This document shows positions 17,381 through 27,968 of a DNA stretch of 64,000 nt, one piece after another. The notes under the pieces are model-generated. The model searched no databases. It was not told where the DNA came from and saw nothing but the letters and a program-made list of their open reading frames with translations. Source of the DNA: Flavobacterium sp. MedPE-SWcel (GTDB lineage: Bacteria > Bacteroidota > Bacteroidia > Flavobacteriales > Flavobacteriaceae); assembly GCA_001874325.1 (NCBI GenBank), contig MPCW01000011.1, positions 32,519 through 96,518 on the forward strand, read 5' to 3'. Each line of letters starts with the position of its first letter. Position 1 is the stretch's first letter. Both the position numbers and the translations under genes were made by a program.

Positions 17381-18196
17381 TTAAACCGCTACGTCATATT
17401 CCCTTAAGGCATCGTTGAGCGAAGTCTTTAAATTAGTCGAAGGTTTACGTTTTCCTATAATTAATGCACAAGGAACTTGATATTCTCCAGCAGCAAATTT
17501 TTTAGTATAGCTACCTGGTATTACGACAGATCTGGCGGGAACAATTCCTTTCATTTCTACAGGGGTCTCACCAGTAACATCTATAATTTTTGTAGAGGCT
17601 GTAAGGCAAACGTTAGCACCAAGTACGGCTTCGGTTTCTATTTTTACTCCTTCTACTACAATACAGCGAGAACCTATAAATGCTCCGTCTTCTATAATAA
17701 CAGGTGCAGCTTGTAAAGGTTCTAAAACACCTCCAATACCTACACCACCACTAAGGTGTACATTTTTACCTATTTGTGCACAGCTTCCTACAGTAGCCCA
17801 TGTATCTACCATAGTTCCTTCATCTACATAAGCACCAATGTTTACATAGCTAGGCATTAGTATAACACCCGATGATATATAAGCACCATGTCGTGCTACA
17901 GCATTAGGAACAACTCGTATACCTTTTTCGGCATAGTTTGTTTTCAGAGGCATTTTGTCGTGATATTCAAAAATACCAGCCTCAAGTGTTTCCATTTTTT
18001 GTATAGGGAAGTACATCACTACAGCTTTTTTTACCCATTCGTTTACTTGCCACCCATTTTCAACGGGCTCTGCAACTCTAAGTTTTCCTGAGTCTAAAAG
18101 TTCAATGACTTCGCGTATAGCAGTAGTGGTTTTATTTTCTTGAAGCAATTGCCTGTCATCCCAAGCTTGCTCTATTATCGTTTGTAAAGTATTCAT
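17381..18196 (-). CDS. dapD: 2,3,4,5-tetrahydropyridine-2,6-dicarboxylate N-succinyltransferase
   Basis: MPSYVNIGAYVDEGTMVDTWATVGSCAQIG, GGVLEPLQA; TATCTTTG promoter at 18219-18226 (-). Confidence 0.97.
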   Translation of the reverse strand: MNTLQTIIEQAWDDRQLLQENKTTTAIREVIELLDSGKLRVAEPVENGWQVNEWVKKAVVMYFPIQKMETLEAGIFEYHDKMPLKTNYAEKGIRVVPNAVARHGAYISSGVILMPSYVNIGAYVDEGTMVDTWATVGSCAQIGKNVHLSGGVGIGGVLEPLQAAPVIIEDGAFIGSRCIVVEGVKIETEAVLGANVCLTASTKIIDVTGETPVEMKGIVPARSVVIPGSYTKKFAAGEYQVPCALIIGKRKPSTNLKTSLNDALREYDVAV

Positions 18197-18326
18197 AGCA
18201 AAAATTCTTTTTTAGGAACAAAGATAGCAATCTAGCTAAACTATGAGACCTAATTAAATCCTGAAAAATACAAATCTATTATTCTATCTTTACATAAAGC
18301 AGGAATTATTTAAATTTATTAAAAAA

Positions 18327-19073
18327 ATGTTAATAATGAAAGACAATTTCTCTATTCAAGCTAAAAAATATTCGAAATATAGACCTGATTATTCTTATAG
18401 GATAATTGACTACATAGTGTCTAAAGTATTAGTTAAACATAGCGTACTAGATGTTGCTACAGGTAATGGTCAGGTAGCTAATAAATTAGCTGATTATTTT
18501 GAGGATGTTTTTGCTACAGATATAAGTACTGAGCAGCTTAAAAATGCTATAAAGAAAGAAAATATAGTTTATAAACAAGAGAGAGCTGAAAACACTTCGT
18601 TTAATGATAATCAGTTTGATCTTATTACTGTAGCACAAGCTATACATTGGTTTGATTTTGAAATTTTTTATAAAGAAGTTACCCGTTTATTAAAGCCTAC
18701 TGGTACTCTAGTAGTAATGGGATATGGTCAATTTTCGACTAATTTGGACAGTGATAAGTTAATTAATCATTTACATAAAAATATACTTGGTTCATATTGG
18801 GATGAAGAGCGTAAGTATGTTGATGAGAATTACGAAACAATACCTTTTCCGTTTGAAGAGATAAAAACAGATGAATTTGTAGATGAGTTTACTTGGTCTT
18901 TCGATCATCTTTTGGGTTATATCGATTCGTGGTCAGCGACACAGCATTATATTAAAAAGAATGGAAGCAATCCTGTAAATTTGATAAAAGAAGAGTTGAA
19001 AGAAAGTTGGAATAATAACGATAAAAAGGTAACATTTCCGTTACTTTTGCGCATAGGAAAAATGAAAAAGTAA
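18327..19073 (+). CDS. Class I SAM-dependent methyltransferase
   Basis: Y.KYRP.Y, LDVATGNGQ, DLITVAQAIHWF. Confidence 0.9.
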   Translation: MLIMKDNFSIQAKKYSKYRPDYSYRIIDYIVSKVLVKHSVLDVATGNGQVANKLADYFEDVFATDISTEQLKNAIKKENIVYKQERAENTSFNDNQFDLITVAQAIHWFDFEIFYKEVTRLLKPTGTLVVMGYGQFSTNLDSDKLINHLHKNILGSYWDEERKYVDENYETIPFPFEEIKTDEFVDEFTWSFDHLLGYIDSWSATQHYIKKNGSNPVNLIKEELKESWNNNDKKVTFPLLLRIGKMKK

Positions 19074-19080
19074 TTAACTG

Positions 19081-19533
19081 ATGGGAAATGATATTTTTGG
19101 GAGTAGTAATCAAAAAGGAAGGATATTAGCTATAGACTACGGTATGAAACGTACTGGTATAGCAGTAACTGATGAAATGCAGATGATAGCATCGGGGTTA
19201 ACTACAATTGCATCAGGTGAAATTATTGAGTGGCTTAAAGATTATTTTACAAAAGAAAAGGTAGAGCGTGTTTTGATAGGGGAGCCAAAGCAAATGAATA
19301 ATGAACCTTCGCAAAGTGCACCATTAATAGCTGCTTTTGTAGAAAAGTTTAAAGTTGTATTTCCTGATATGCCTATAGAGCATGTTGATGAACGTTTTAC
19401 TAGTAAAATGGCTTTTCAGACAATGATAGATAGTGGGTTGAAAAAGAAACAACGTCAAAATAAAGCTTTGATTGATGAAATTGCTGCAACTATTATATTG
19501 CAAGATTATTTATCTAAAAAGAGTCCTTTTTAA
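19081..19533 (+). CDS. ruvX: YqgF/RuvX pre-16S rRNA nuclease
   Basis: ILAIDYGMKRTGIA, DERFTS, IDEIAATIILQ. Confidence 0.93.
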   Translation: MGNDIFGSSNQKGRILAIDYGMKRTGIAVTDEMQMIASGLTTIASGEIIEWLKDYFTKEKVERVLIGEPKQMNNEPSQSAPLIAAFVEKFKVVFPDMPIEHVDERFTSKMAFQTMIDSGLKKKQRQNKALIDEIAATIILQDYLSKKSPF

Positions 19534-19538
19534 AGCAA

Positions 19539-21758
19539 CTATTTTTTTAATTCTAATTGTTTGGCTGCTTTCACGATTTTCTCTGAAAGATTATTAAGCC
19601 ATACTAACTGCTCTATAATAAGTTGAGCCTCTTGCATTCTTAAAGTAAACGTTTCTTTATCGTTTATGTGTTTTTCTTTTAACTCTTGTTTTTTGATGCT
19701 TTTTAGTTCAATAAATCGCGCAGTAAGCTCTTCTTTTTCGGGTAAAGAGATGTCTTTAACAGCTTCTTCTGTGTTTAATAATGCAATAGTATAGTTTAGG
19801 TTTTTTATTACAGCGTCTACTACAACATTAAATGCTTTCGAAGCTTTTGTTGTGTGGTGTGATTGTATGTAAGTACCTAAGGATGCTAATGATGAAAGTA
19901 GCGTATGGTTAAGTACAGCTAACTTATATAATTGTGGTTGCTGTTTTTGTTTTGATTTTGGTTCTTGTATCATTCGTTGGTATGATGCTGTTAGGTTACC
20001 AACTTCGATAAAAGCATTTTTTCGTGCTAATCGATATGATGTAGAAACATCTTGTTTTTTGTTATATAGTAATATAATCTCTTCAAGATATTTTTTATTG
20101 GCCTCTACTGATTTTTTTACAAATACAGGTAGTTGTATAAACTCCCAAGATGGCCAAAAGAAATAGTTGGCAATAAAAGCTAATCCTGCACCTATTGCAG
20201 TATCTATAACACGATATTGTATTACTTCGTTAATGTCAGGGTTTAGCATACTGTATAAAAACACCACAAATATGGTTACAAACGTAGCTCCAATGCGGTA
20301 GTTAATAGCTGTAAATGTAAAACCTAATAGCATAAATATTATTGCCAGTGTTGCAATGGCAATGGTGTTACTGATAACGAATAATAGTCCAAAAGCGATA
20401 ATACAGCCTAGTACTGTACCCACAATACGCTGATAAGAACGTTGTTTAGTTAATCCATAACCAGGGCGCATGATAACTATTATGGTTAATAGTATCCAAT
20501 ATACATTTTGTAGTGGAAATATTATACCAATCATAAACCCGATACCTATAGTAATAGTAAGGCGTAAAGAGAGCCTGAATAGTGTAGAGGAGAAACTTAG
20601 GTTTTCTTTTAATATATGTAATGGATAATATTCTGGAGCAATAAACTTTTCGAGATCTTTATCGCGCCCTTGCATGTCTTTAGCGCTTGTTTTTTTAGTA
20701 AAAGCACGCTCTATAATAGTGATTTTTTCTATTTGCTTTTCTGCATAGTGTAGCATGTTTGTTAGCATGTATACATCCTCTGCTACAGCTTTTTTACCAA
20801 ACTCTTTTTCGTAATTTTTTATAGCTTTTTTAAACTTATCAAGGTCTTTTAATAGCTTGTGCGACGAAACATATTTTTTCTTGTTTTCAAGGCTTTTCGA
20901 TACCTTTTTTAAAGTTTTTGCAAGATTATAAGCTAAGCTTTGGTAGGTAGTAAGTACCTCTGTATGCTCACTAAATCTCTTTTTTAGTTTATCATGATCG
21001 AAAGAAGTAGATAAGGCTAGTTCTAGTACCTCCATAAGCGATATAAATACCAAGAGCATTTTTCTACTTTGGTTAGAGTTACCAGAGTTAGAACCTTTAC
21101 GTAATAATATTTCTCTAAGGCTTTCGTGATTTGTGTTTATTTCTACTTGTAAAAAGAGCTGCTTTTTAGTTATTTTTTCCTTATCAGCATTAATATTCCA
21201 TAAGCGCCCTCGTTGCTTCATGTACTTACCTGTAAGTTTTAAGCATTCAGCTATTTGTAGTTCAGTGTAACGATGTGGACTGAGGTAGTTAAACGTTAAT
21301 GACGTTATTGTATAGAAGAGCCCACCTGCAAATATAAGCCCGCAATATAGGGCTATCTCCCAACCATAATGAATATGACCACTGGCAAGAGTTAGGGCAA
21401 GTAGCCCTGAAAAGGAAACCATTGTTGCCCTTTGTCCATATACTGATATCATGGAAAGGAAAAAAATCAGTAATAGAATAATAGGGTAAAATAAAAAAGG
21501 ATAGCTATATAAAAGATTAGTTGTTAACGTACATAGCGTAACAATTAATGCTGTTGTTAATAGTCCTTTAGTACGATGTAAGGGATTACTAGGTATATCG
21601 GGTGGATAACCAAGCACTGCCCCAATGGCTACAGCAAAGCCCTCTTGAAATAGTCCAAACTGTGAAAGAATAATTACAGGCACTACTGCTGCAAAGGTTA
21701 CTGTAGCAGCCTTAGTAAAGTTAGTACTATCAATAAATTGTTTTATTTTCTGTATCAT
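19539..21758 (-). CDS. FUSC/YccS-family membrane protein
   Basis: Two TM blocks; YWILLTIIVIMRP...T.QR..QRIVGT, YRVIDT; TACCTTTG at 21777-21784 (-). Confidence 0.88.
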   Translation of the reverse strand: MIQKIKQFIDSTNFTKAATVTFAAVVPVIILSQFGLFQEGFAVAIGAVLGYPPDIPSNPLHRTKGLLTTALIVTLCTLTTNLLYSYPFLFYPIILLLIFFLSMISVYGQRATMVSFSGLLALTLASGHIHYGWEIALYCGLIFAGGLFYTITSLTFNYLSPHRYTELQIAECLKLTGKYMKQRGRLWNINADKEKITKKQLFLQVEINTNHESLREILLRKGSNSGNSNQSRKMLLVFISLMEVLELALSTSFDHDKLKKRFSEHTEVLTTYQSLAYNLAKTLKKVSKSLENKKKYVSSHKLLKDLDKFKKAIKNYEKEFGKKAVAEDVYMLTNMLHYAEKQIEKITIIERAFTKKTSAKDMQGRDKDLEKFIAPEYYPLHILKENLSFSSTLFRLSLRLTITIGIGFMIGIIFPLQNVYWILLTIIVIMRPGYGLTKQRSYQRIVGTVLGCIIAFGLLFVISNTIAIATLAIIFMLLGFTFTAINYRIGATFVTIFVVFLYSMLNPDINEVIQYRVIDTAIGAGLAFIANYFFWPSWEFIQLPVFVKKSVEANKKYLEEIILLYNKKQDVSTSYRLARKNAFIEVGNLTASYQRMIQEPKSKQKQQPQLYKLAVLNHTLLSSLASLGTYIQSHHTTKASKAFNVVVDAVIKNLNYTIALLNTEEAVKDISLPEKEELTARFIELKSIKKQELKEKHINDKETFTLRMQEAQLIIEQLVWLNNLSEKIVKAAKQLELKK

Positions 21759-21940
21759 ACCCTTTTACCTGTTGTGCAAAGGTACTAAATGAAAGAAGGC
21801 AATTTATTAATAAAGTATTATTCTTACAGGTATTAGTATTAAGTAGCTATGGCAAAGATGAATTATATTTTATTTACTATTTTTGCGCACGATATTTTAA
21901 TAAATGTTTGTTAGCTAGTAGCTATAAAAAATAAAGAAAA

Positions 21941-22528
21941 ATGATATTACCAATAGTTGGATATGGCGACCCTGTACTTCGAAAAAAAGGAGATGAAATA
22001 AGCAAGGATTACCCTGAGCTTAAAGAGTTTGTTGCTAATATGTATGAAACAATGTACAATGCTCATGGAGTAGGTTTAGCAGCACCACAAGTAGGCAAGG
22101 CTGTAAGATTATTTGTTATAGATACTAAGCCTTTTAGCGAAGATGAAGATCTTAGTAAAGAGGAACAGGAGCTACTGGGAGGTTTTACTAAAACATTTAT
22201 AAACCCTGTAATGTTAAAAGAAGAAGGAGAAGAGTGGGGGTTTAACGAAGGTTGTCTTAGTATACCAGAGGTGAGAGAGGATGTATATCGTCATGAAAAA
22301 ATTACTATAGAGTATTATGATGAAGACTTTAATAAGCATACTGATGTATATGATGGCTTGATAGCTAGAGTGATACAGCATGAGTATGATCATGTAGAAG
22401 GTGTGTTGTTTACAGATAAGATATCTTCACTTAAAAAACGCTTGATACAAAAGAAGCTTCAAAACATAATGGATGGCAAAACTAGACCTGATTATAAAAT
22501 GAAATTTGCTGCCAAAAGAGGGCGATAA
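21941..22528 (+). CDS. def: Peptide deformylase
   Basis: GVGLAAPQ, EGCLS, QHEYDH; TATTTTTG at 21878-21885. Confidence 0.97.
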   Translation: MILPIVGYGDPVLRKKGDEISKDYPELKEFVANMYETMYNAHGVGLAAPQVGKAVRLFVIDTKPFSEDEDLSKEEQELLGGFTKTFINPVMLKEEGEEWGFNEGCLSIPEVREDVYRHEKITIEYYDEDFNKHTDVYDGLIARVIQHEYDHVEGVLFTDKISSLKKRLIQKKLQNIMDGKTRPDYKMKFAAKRGR

Positions 22529-22581
22529 TTTTGCTTTTTATGTCTAAAGATTAGATATTTGTTACCCTTATAAAAAAATAG

Positions 22582-23013
22582 ATGATGACTGTAGATAAAA
22601 TATTAGCCATTGCTGGCAAGCCAGGATTATATGCTTTAAAAATACAAACACGTACAGGATTTGTAGCAGAATCTTTAATAGATGGAAAAAAAATAACAGT
22701 AGGATTAAGAAGTAATGTAAGTTTACTTTCTGAGATCTCTGTTTATACTTATGGAGGAGAAACTCGTTTATCAGAAGTTTTTCGTGCTATTGCAGAAAAA
22801 GAAGATAATGGAGCAGCTATTTCACATAAAGAAGATACAGCTAAACTAGTAGCTTATTTTCGTGAAGTAATGCCAGAATTTGATGAAGATAGAGTATACG
22901 CTTCTGATATCAAGAAAATATTAAACTGGTACAATATGTTACAAGCTAAAGGTCTTGTTTCTAAAGATGTTGCTGAAGAAGCAGCGGCAGAAGAAGCAAA
23001 ATCTGAAGAATAG
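22582..23013 (+). CDS. Conserved Bacteroidetes protein (DUF5606-like)
   Basis: ILAIAGKPGLY, LSEISVYT, DRVYASDIKK...WYN. Confidence 0.8.
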   Translation: MMTVDKILAIAGKPGLYALKIQTRTGFVAESLIDGKKITVGLRSNVSLLSEISVYTYGGETRLSEVFRAIAEKEDNGAAISHKEDTAKLVAYFREVMPEFDEDRVYASDIKKILNWYNMLQAKGLVSKDVAEEAAAEEAKSEE

Positions 23014-23038
23014 AAAGTATATCACAAAATAATTAATT

Positions 23039-23072
23039 ATCCTGTCGTTGTTTTTAAGCGGCAGGATTTTTT
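23039..23072 (+). terminator. Rho-independent terminator
   Basis: ATCCTGTCG...CGGCAGGAT stem followed by a T-run. Confidence 0.75.
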
Positions 23073-23091
23073 ATTTTTACAAAAAAACAAA

Positions 23092-23865
23092 ATGAATACA
23101 AGGCAACAACAACTCGACGCTTTTAATAGATTACTTGATATAATGGAAGACTTGAGGGAGAAATGCCCTTGGGATAAAAAACAAACGCTACAAACGCTTC
23201 GTCATCTTACTATAGAGGAAACGTATGAGCTTGGTGATGCTATATTAGATAACGATTTACAGGAGGTAAAAAAGGAATTAGGAGATATATTATTACACAT
23301 CGTTTTTTATTCAAAAATAGGTAGCGAAACAGGTGATTTTGATATTGCAGATGTAGCTAATGAAATTTGTGAGAAACTCATTCATCGTCACCCTCATATT
23401 TATGGAGATGTAGTAGTAGAGAGTGAGGAAGAGGTAAAACAAAACTGGGAAAAGTTGAAACTTAAAGAAGGTAAAAAATCAGTGCTTGAAGGAGTGCCTA
23501 AAAGTTTACCAGCTTTAGTTAAAGCAAGCCGAATACAAGATAAAGCAAAAGGAGTGGGGTTTGATTGGGATGAACCACACCAAGTATGGGATAAGGTTGA
23601 AGAAGAAATACAAGAATTTCAAGATGAGGTAGAGCAGGGGGATCAAGAAAAAATTGAAGCCGAATTTGGGGATGTATTATTTTCTATGATTAACTACGCT
23701 AGGTTTTTAAATATTAATCCAGAAGACGCCTTAGAACGTACTAATAAGAAGTTTATAAAGCGTTTTCAATACTTAGAGGGTAAAGCTCGTGATATGGGTA
23801 AGCCATTAGCTGATATGACATTGGCAGAGATGGATGTTTTTTGGAATGAGGCCAAAAAAGTGTAA
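23092..23865 (+). CDS. mazG: Nucleoside triphosphate pyrophosphohydrolase MazG
   Basis: CPWDKKQT, EETYE, ELGD, RHPH, EFGD, KFIKRF. Confidence 0.96.
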   Translation: MNTRQQQLDAFNRLLDIMEDLREKCPWDKKQTLQTLRHLTIEETYELGDAILDNDLQEVKKELGDILLHIVFYSKIGSETGDFDIADVANEICEKLIHRHPHIYGDVVVESEEEVKQNWEKLKLKEGKKSVLEGVPKSLPALVKASRIQDKAKGVGFDWDEPHQVWDKVEEEIQEFQDEVEQGDQEKIEAEFGDVLFSMINYARFLNINPEDALERTNKKFIKRFQYLEGKARDMGKPLADMTLAEMDVFWNEAKKV

Positions 23866-23868
23866 ATA

Positions 23869-25692
23869 TTACTTAAAAGGAATACTTATACTTGAGCTTT
23901 TAGTGCCAGTCATTTTATTAGTGTACTCTATAATTAAACCAAAGTGATCATTATCGAATTCTTTAATTTTAAATTTTTGAATTGTGATGTCTCCTTTTTT
24001 AACTTTAAGTCTTTCATGCAGGTTTACTGCTTTATTGTTGGGATATAGTGTATAGTCTCGGTTATTGCTATTAAAAATATCTCCTGTAACTTTAGCCGCG
24101 ACTTTTTGGTTACCATAATAGTAAGTTCCGGTATACTTGTTTTGATTATACTCATAATGTTCTTCAAGTGTAAGTTTTCCGTCTTCTTTATAATGGTTCC
24201 ACTTTCCTGATTTAATTGAGTAGTCGAAGTTACCTTCCGTTTTTAGTTTTGTGTTATTATAGTATTCTTTATATAAGCCTTCTTTATTACCCTCGTCATA
24301 ATAAGTGATTTTTTTTATATTTCCGTTTTCATAGTAAAAAGTTTCTTTTCCCTGCTTATAACCATCATTACTTCGAGTTATAGTATGTTTGGTATTACTG
24401 TTTTCAAAAAAGAACTCTTCTAGTCCTACTTTTTTATCGTTTGTGTAATTTACTGTATGAGCAATAGTCCCATCATGATGATATTCTTTAGATGGTCCAT
24501 TTTTTTGATTATTCACGTATGATATTTCCAGTGCTATTGTTCCATCAGGATGGTAACTATACCAAGTATTTGTTTTTACTGATTTTAGATGTCTCTCATT
24601 TTTAAAGGCTTTAGATTGATAGCTTTCGATATTATAGTATTCTATGTTACGAGTTATCCCGTTTTCATAATAATATTTATGCTTACCACTTCTATAACCT
24701 CCTTTTTTCTGAATAGAATCATACTCAAAATTCCCTTCAAACTGTAGGGCCCCATTTTTATAATAGCTTTTCCATAGCCCTATTTTACCGCTACGTGTAT
24801 AGTTACCTTTTTCGGCAATGTTTCCATTTTTATAACGAGCAATATAACGACCATCTTTTAATCCCTTTTTCCACCTGTAATGGATTATGGTGTCACTACT
24901 GTGTCTAACGGTTGAGTAGAGTTTAGAATTGACTATACTGTCTATCTTTTGTACAGCACCAGTTCTGTCATACTGTGTTATTACATAGTTATCCTTATTG
25001 CTGATAGGCGTGTGTGTTTCTAGCTTTTCAACTTGACCGTTGTTATAAAATTTCTGCTTTAATATGAGCTTTTTGTTTATTATTTCAGAGTATTTCATGA
25101 TAGAACCATCCTCATAAAACATGGTGTACTCACCATTGCCAGTTTTGGGATTGTAGTGATTAGTTTTTAATTTTCGTCCATCTCTATAAAACTCTGTAGA
25201 ATGTATAATAACACTTTCGCTGTTATATGTTCTACTCCAGTTTAGATTATGATTCTTGTAGTATCGAATATTAATTCCAATACGTTTTCCATCTCGCATA
25301 TAGCCTCGTTCTTCTATATGCCCATCAGGAAAATAAGAAATTAATTTACCGTATAACTTTTTGTCTTTAGACTTTTGGGTGAGTTTAAGCTGTCCATTTT
25401 CGTAATATTCTTTATACTTGATGTAGCGATTTTTCTTGTTTTTAAATTTTACATCTTTGAATAATTTTCCGCTCTTGTAGTATTCTTTCCAGCGTCCGTC
25501 TTTTTGATTATTCTTATATTTTCCTTCAGCCTTTAGATTACCGTTGTTATAATAATATTTCCATTCACCCGTTTTTTCATTATTTATATAATTACCAGAT
25601 TCCATAATGTTACCATTATGATAATAGCGTTTTTCTTGAGCTGTTAATGATAGAGTAAGAAAGAGTAGGATGGAAGCGAAGAAAAACCTCAT
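23869..25692 (-). CDS. Secreted MORN-variant repeat protein (YwqK-like)
   Basis: Many G.W..YY.NG.L...G.Y repeats; ATG 25692 gives signal peptide MRFFFASILLFLTLSLTA (ORF track starts at 25734). Confidence 0.85.
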   Translation of the reverse strand: MRFFFASILLFLTLSLTAQEKRYYHNGNIMESGNYINNEKTGEWKYYYNNGNLKAEGKYKNNQKDGRWKEYYKSGKLFKDVKFKNKKNRYIKYKEYYENGQLKLTQKSKDKKLYGKLISYFPDGHIEERGYMRDGKRIGINIRYYKNHNLNWSRTYNSESVIIHSTEFYRDGRKLKTNHYNPKTGNGEYTMFYEDGSIMKYSEIINKKLILKQKFYNNGQVEKLETHTPISNKDNYVITQYDRTGAVQKIDSIVNSKLYSTVRHSSDTIIHYRWKKGLKDGRYIARYKNGNIAEKGNYTRSGKIGLWKSYYKNGALQFEGNFEYDSIQKKGGYRSGKHKYYYENGITRNIEYYNIESYQSKAFKNERHLKSVKTNTWYSYHPDGTIALEISYVNNQKNGPSKEYHHDGTIAHTVNYTNDKKVGLEEFFFENSNTKHTITRSNDGYKQGKETFYYENGNIKKITYYDEGNKEGLYKEYYNNTKLKTEGNFDYSIKSGKWNHYKEDGKLTLEEHYEYNQNKYTGTYYYGNQKVAAKVTGDIFNSNNRDYTLYPNNKAVNLHERLKVKKGDITIQKFKIKEFDNDHFGLIIEYTNKMTGTKSSSISIPFK

Positions 25693-25755
25693 GAGTGAAA
25701 ATAGTATTTTAATTAGATGTTTTGTTTGTGGCAAAAATCATGCTAAAATATTAAA

Positions 25756-25790
25756 AATAAAAAAGCCATCAATTTGATGGCTTTTTTATT
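25756..25790. terminator. Rho-independent terminator (potentially bidirectional)
   Basis: AATAAAAAAGCCATCA-ATT-TGATGGCTTTTTTATT. Confidence 0.85.
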
Positions 25791-25793
25791 TTA

Positions 25794-27824
25794 TTAACTT
25801 CCTTTATTGAAGTTTTTAATTTGTCTTAGTTTTTCTTTCCAAGTTTTAAGATCTTCTTTATGTCGATCAATACTCTTATTGACCTCCTTTATAAATGGAT
25901 TGTCAGATTTAGCATTAGATATAAACTGAATGTTGTTTTCTAACTGTAGAATTTCGCTTTGTACTTCATCAATTTTGCGCATGATGAATATTTGCTCATT
26001 TTCCATTTTTCTGTGATCCTCATTTTCGGCAAGTTGTTCTAAGCGATTAGCAAACTTCACCATATCCGTTTCCTTTTTAGAAAGGCTTAGTTTGTCAAAA
26101 AATGTATCAAGCACCTTATTGAATTTACCTTCAATATGTCTTCTCGCTTGCGGTACACGTCCTAAAGATTTCCAGTGCTCTATGTGCTTTTTGATAGCAT
26201 CAAGATCAGTTTTATGGTCACCAGTAAGCTCAAACTCTTTGATAGACTCTAGATATTCTTTTTTCTTTTCAAAGGCTTCTATTTCTTCTTTGTTAGCTTC
26301 GTTGCGGTGTGCGTGTAGCTTATCAAAGTAGTGATTGCAAGCAGCTTTAAATTCTTTCCATAATGAATCAGAATACTTTCTTGGTACATGACCAACTTTC
26401 TTCCAGTCTTCTTGTATCTGCTTCATTACATTAGTAGTGTTAGCAAAGTCTTCGCTGTCTTTTAACTCTTGTGCTTTTGCTACTAATGCTTGTTTTTTAT
26501 CAAGGTTTTCTTGTTGACTTTTTTTGATCTCTTTGTAGAAAGAGTTCTTTACATTGTTAAAGTTTCTTACAGCTCCTTTAAAAGCAGCCCAAGTATCTTC
26601 GTTTACTTCTATAGGGACTTTTCCTGCTTTGAAAAATGCCTCACGTAAAGCTTCAATCTTTTGTATTTGTCCTTGCCACATACTATGCTTACTAATAGGC
26701 TCTTTAGATATAGCTTCTATCTGGGCAATGATTTCTTTTTTGTTCGCTAAATTCTCAACTTCTTTTTCTCTTATCTTAGCACTATGTGCTTCGCGCTTGT
26801 CATGAAGTTGTTTTGTAAGCTCGCTAAAGCGATTCCATATATCTTCACGGTGTTCGCGAGATACAGGGCCAATCTCTTCTTTCCACATTTTGTGCAAAGA
26901 TTGTAATTCACGAAAAGCTTTAACGATATCTTGTTCATTAAGTAATTCTTCTACACGAGCAATAATTCGCTGTTTTTGTTCTAGGTTATGTTTAAAGTCC
27001 ATATCCCTAGCTTCTCTATCTAGGTGTAAATGATCATAAAAACGCTCCATATGAAAATGAAAGTTGTTCCATACATGGTTATACTTATCTCTGGGTATAG
27101 GTCCAGCTTGTTTCCATTTATCACGTAGCTCACCTACATGCTTTAAAGCATCTTTCATATTCTCATCACTATCAACAAGGTTTTTTAATTCCTCTATAAT
27201 AACAAGTCTATTTTCAAGATTACCTTTTAAGTCGTTTTGTACTTTTTTAAAGTGATCGTTTTTCTTGTTTCGATATTGATAGTAAATATCATCGAACTTT
27301 CTTTTTAAAGGAAAGTCGTATTCGAAGCCAGACATTTCGCCATCATTATTTTGGCTATGTTCTTGCTTCTTTTGTTCTATATGGTCGTTATACTTAGTGT
27401 AAAACTCTTTTTTAGTATTTTCGACATGATCCTTTACTAGCATTACTTTTTCATTTGAAGCTAGTTTTTCCAGCGCTACAGTTAGCTCTTCCATAGAAAG
27501 CTCTTCGTAATTTAGTTCTGGAATATCATTATTGTCTTCAGCAGTAGAGTTATCTTCTCCTTCTTCAGCATTACTTTTCTCGATAGCATCTACAGCGGCA
27601 CTTTCTTTAGTTTCACTATTGTTTGTGCCAACTATTTCTTCTGGAGCAAAAGGTAATTGTCCTTCCGTTTCATGAATGTTTTTTAAATCATCTGTATTAT
27701 CAGACTCCTCATTGTTATCTGCTATTTCATTACCAGGTAAATAACCATTTTCAAAGGTGTCTCCAGCTCCAGTAATTGTGTTTCCATCTGCGTTTTGCAG
27801 GTTATCATTCTTTTCTTCTAACAT
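25794..27824 (-). CDS. DUF349 coiled-coil repeat protein
   Basis: Repeated W..(A/I/V)G.VP.....W..F motifs; acidic N-terminus. Confidence 0.88.
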   Translation of the reverse strand: MLEEKNDNLQNADGNTITGAGDTFENGYLPGNEIADNNEESDNTDDLKNIHETEGQLPFAPEEIVGTNNSETKESAAVDAIEKSNAEEGEDNSTAEDNNDIPELNYEELSMEELTVALEKLASNEKVMLVKDHVENTKKEFYTKYNDHIEQKKQEHSQNNDGEMSGFEYDFPLKRKFDDIYYQYRNKKNDHFKKVQNDLKGNLENRLVIIEELKNLVDSDENMKDALKHVGELRDKWKQAGPIPRDKYNHVWNNFHFHMERFYDHLHLDREARDMDFKHNLEQKQRIIARVEELLNEQDIVKAFRELQSLHKMWKEEIGPVSREHREDIWNRFSELTKQLHDKREAHSAKIREKEVENLANKKEIIAQIEAISKEPISKHSMWQGQIQKIEALREAFFKAGKVPIEVNEDTWAAFKGAVRNFNNVKNSFYKEIKKSQQENLDKKQALVAKAQELKDSEDFANTTNVMKQIQEDWKKVGHVPRKYSDSLWKEFKAACNHYFDKLHAHRNEANKEEIEAFEKKKEYLESIKEFELTGDHKTDLDAIKKHIEHWKSLGRVPQARRHIEGKFNKVLDTFFDKLSLSKKETDMVKFANRLEQLAENEDHRKMENEQIFIMRKIDEVQSEILQLENNIQFISNAKSDNPFIKEVNKSIDRHKEDLKTWKEKLRQIKNFNKGS

Positions 27825-27968
27825 TGTGTAAATGCTTAAGGTTTATACTGCTTTATTGCCGAAAGATAGTAAAGCGAACTTAAAATTCAAAGGAAAAGAT
27901 TGATTTCCGTATGATTTGATATTTTTTTAATTTAAAAGAAAAGAAATGTTATCAAGGTTCTATTTAGG

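Noticed and set aside
23092-25734. mazG plus YwqK-like gene as a toxin-antitoxin or anti-phage module
   Set aside because: MazG is the two-domain housekeeping type in its usual context, the genes are convergent, and no toxin is visible.
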